DNA of 64,000 nt from Podarcis bocagei. Taxonomy: Eukaryota. Position 1 is the first letter of the stretch. The number at the start of each line of letters is the position of its first letter. The stretch is from the NCBI GenBank assembly GCA_964188305.1, contig OZ076899.1, one strand, 5' to 3'. The translations under genes and the position numbers were made by a program. Below are positions 61,155-64,000 of the stretch, piece after piece. Below the pieces are notes generated by a model. It was not told where the DNA came from. It saw nothing but the letters and a program-made list of their open reading frames with translations, and did not search any database.

Positions 61155-64000
61155 CTTCCCGGCAGCGGCAGCAGTGTTGAAGGCTGAGGCAGCACTGATT
61201 GTCTCCTCCTAGGGAGGGAAAGCAAAGAAACCACACAGAGCTGCCTGGCTCCCGCATCCATTACCGGGTACCATCAAGCACCTCCCTGCGCCATTAGGCC
61301 AGGCTGCACTTAACGGCTTGCCTCTGCAGGGACCTTGCCAAGCTGGGGGCAGGGAAGATCCATTAGGGAAGCGACCTGGCTAATGGGAGGGGCCAGAGTT
61401 TGGCCTAGTAGTGGGGAGAAACGATGTGGTCAGGAGCCTCCCCAGCGGGGTCTTCAGCTCAGGAGAAAGGCCCAGGGGGCTTTTTACGCCAAGGCAGGCC
61501 TCCACTCAGAATCCAGGCACCTGCTGTGTTCAACATCAGGAAAGACAGACAAGCACTTTCTGGGCAGCATCCCATATTGGCAGGGGCAGGGGGCAGGCTT
61601 CTACAGAACAAACAGCCAAGAATCCAGGAGCACTTCTCTTGGGTATGGGTTTTACTGGGCTAGATAATATTCATCTACTGTAAGAATGTAAGAAGAGCCT
61701 ACTGGATCTAGCCAGCATCCTGTTTTCACAGTAGCCAACCAGGTGCTGAACCCTAACCCTGTGGGAAACCCCCAAGCTGTAGGCAACAAAAGTTTGCATT
61801 TGGCTTCCTAACAGTGCCACTGGTGTTCTTGGTTGCATTTGTAACACTCAGGGTTTTGTCATTGTCTAGAGCTACACCTTTTGATGAGGGTAACTGATGG
61901 GTCTCAAACCCTCCATGAGTTAAGGACTTTCCCTGCATGTGAAGACAGGCTCCAGCGGATTGAGCGTACGAGACCAGTAGTGGGTCCAACAGTCAGGAGG
62001 CAGTTTCTGCACATGCTGTAGTAGAGGGAGTGAGGGTCAGATGTGGCTCGTCAACCTGGGAAGGTAGCCTACGTAGGAGAAGGAAGACATTGATCCTAAA
62101 CCTCTACTGCCTTGTGGGATATCTTCAGGACAAGAAAAGGAGTAAACCCTACAAAGAATGAATGGCACCTCGTACACTTGCTTCTGGCAACACTTGCAGC
62201 CAAGCTGGTGCCAAATGTTTTGCTTTCCTTTGGACCACATCAGCAAGGCCAAGAGGGTGGTCTTGTCACCTGGGAGATAAGGACCTCTGTATGCACTGCC
62301 CAGGCTTGGGCTCCATGGAAGGTCACTTCAGAGCTACCAATGCAGCGGTTTGACTCTTCAGGAGAGATTATGTGTGGTTCCATTGTCCCGTTTGTGAAAT
62401 GGAACTTCCCCTCCCTCTGTCTGTGTTGTCTCCTAATACTATTCAGAGTGGGGCAGGGATTCTGGAACAGATTTAGGGGGTGCATGGGGAGAAGAAAGGG
62501 AGGAGGGAGCTCTGTGATTAAACCAGAGATTCTCACACTTTGCTGGATGCTGCCCTATAGAATCAAAACATTGATTGTGTCCATTAAAAAAAAATCCATT
62601 ATTGTGAAATTTTGGGACATGAAACATTGGGTCAAACTGAAGAAGTAACTGGATAGAGAATCCCTTTAGACTCATTCCTGGTTATGTTATTTGAACGTTG
62701 TGGAGGGAGCTGCCAAACTGAAGACTGCATTTAAGTGTGAATTATCTACCTGTTGTCTATCACAGATGTGGGTTGCAGAGGGACCTTCTCTGCTCTGAAT
62801 AAGCTGACTGAGAAGGAAGGCAATGGAGGACCACTGCTCAGGCTTTGCACACAGACGGTCCCAGGCTCAATCCCTGGTGGTATCTCCCCCAAAAGGTTTT
62901 GGGCCATAACCACTCCATACTTCATTTCCAGGAGTTCTGCTCAGATCCTCATTTCTCATTGACCGCAATCAGAATTAGATTGCATTAATCATTCATAAAG
63001 CTGGCACAAGTCCTTTCAGAAAGGTTTGTAATTAGGGCTTTGTTTTTTCTCTTAACTGGCCATATTTCTTTTAAGGGTGGGATCTGTGCATGCTTGCCTA
63101 TGTCCTGTCATGCTTCCAGTTAATGATTCAGATGACCTTGCAGTTCTACCTTTTCCACTGCCTGCTACCTGACCTTTTTGTTTTTCCCCTTGAGCTGCTC
63201 CCAGGGATTGAATCTGGGACCTTTCAATGTGCAAAGGCGGTTGCTCTACCCCCAGTTTCCATTCTTTCCTTTTGGAGGTGCATAAAACCCCATGAGGCAC
63301 ATCCTGAGAACTCCCTTACTGCTTTCCCTGCCAGTGGCCTAAGCCCACAGAGCTCCCAGCATGATTTTTTGTAAGGGGTGCCTCTTCACACTTCTTGCAG
63401 GATTGGCCCTTCACTGAGAGCTCCTGCCTTCTGTTTATACTAGGAGTTTAGGGAATAAAGCATGGGATGGGATGGGTGTGGTGTCTCTCACCTTTTGAGC
63501 ACATTTGCAAGGAGAAATGAGTCCTCTTGCCTGTCTACTGACTGGGGCAGGGGAAGCAGGCTTGAGGCCAAGAAGCTGCTAGCTTGCCAGGCACTGCTCC
63601 TTGCAATGAGAGACTGGCTGCTTGACAGGTGCTCCAGTCGACTTAGGAAGCCCTACCTTTGCCCTGCCACCCCTCCTGATCCCCACTTGAGACCCTGCAC
63701 CACAGGTAAGGAAACAACATGTGACCTCTTGCTCCTTCACCCATCCTTCAGGGGCTGCCACCCACCCCACAACGCCTGAGCTCAAAGGTGCCATTCCCAT
63801 CTCAAGCATCAAAAAGCAGCCGCAGCACATGGAACCAGCCTACCTATCACAGCCCAAGCCTCTCCGCAGCTGATGTCCACATCAGTTTGCTCTCCTTCTG
63901 GCCAGAGTCTCTACAAACCCAGGTACAATCTGGTTCTGGCCGCCTTGGTGCCTGCCCCATGAGACACGGATCACTTCCCCTCACAAAGGGAAGCCGCATT

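Noticed and set aside
61700-64000. Possible MAN2A2 3' end or another gene, expected from synteny
   Set aside because: No recognisable coding exon or convincing polyA signal in the window; the ORFs there (e.g. 62112-62648) show no motif.

Overview
Gene-dense, GC-rich vertebrate genomic DNA, almost certainly a squamate and probably a lacertid lizard, judging by the Sauria SINE, BovB, CR1/L2/L1 fragments and small hAT/Tc1-type MITEs. Seven known multi-exon genes could be rebuilt by hand with consistent exon phases: TTLL13(+), NGRN(+), HDDC3/MESH1(+), VPS33B(+), PRC1(+), RCCD1(-) and UNC45A(-). This is the block syntenic to human 15q26.1 / mouse chr7. The main surprise is an eighth, three-exon gene on the minus strand (61154-59478). 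It encodes a 209-aa type-I membrane protein of the Shisa-like (SHISAL1/KIAA1644-type) family, and its last coding exon runs across the UNC45A CpG island, start codon and first coding exon in a different frame. That points to a same-strand overlapping or bicistronic unit, possibly with an in-frame Shisa-UNC45A fusion. Other points: HDDC3 sits away from its mammalian position, TTLL13 is intact, and several splice sites are unusual (two GC-AG introns, a stop-inserting NAGNAG, a microsatellite-multiplied donor, a dual-frame PRC1 last exon). There are also several TSD-defined insertions, including a self-nested hAT MITE with telomere-like hexamers, an antisense solo LTR and a foldback-like inverted repeat. 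Gene identities and comparisons with other species come from recalled sequences, not from database searches.
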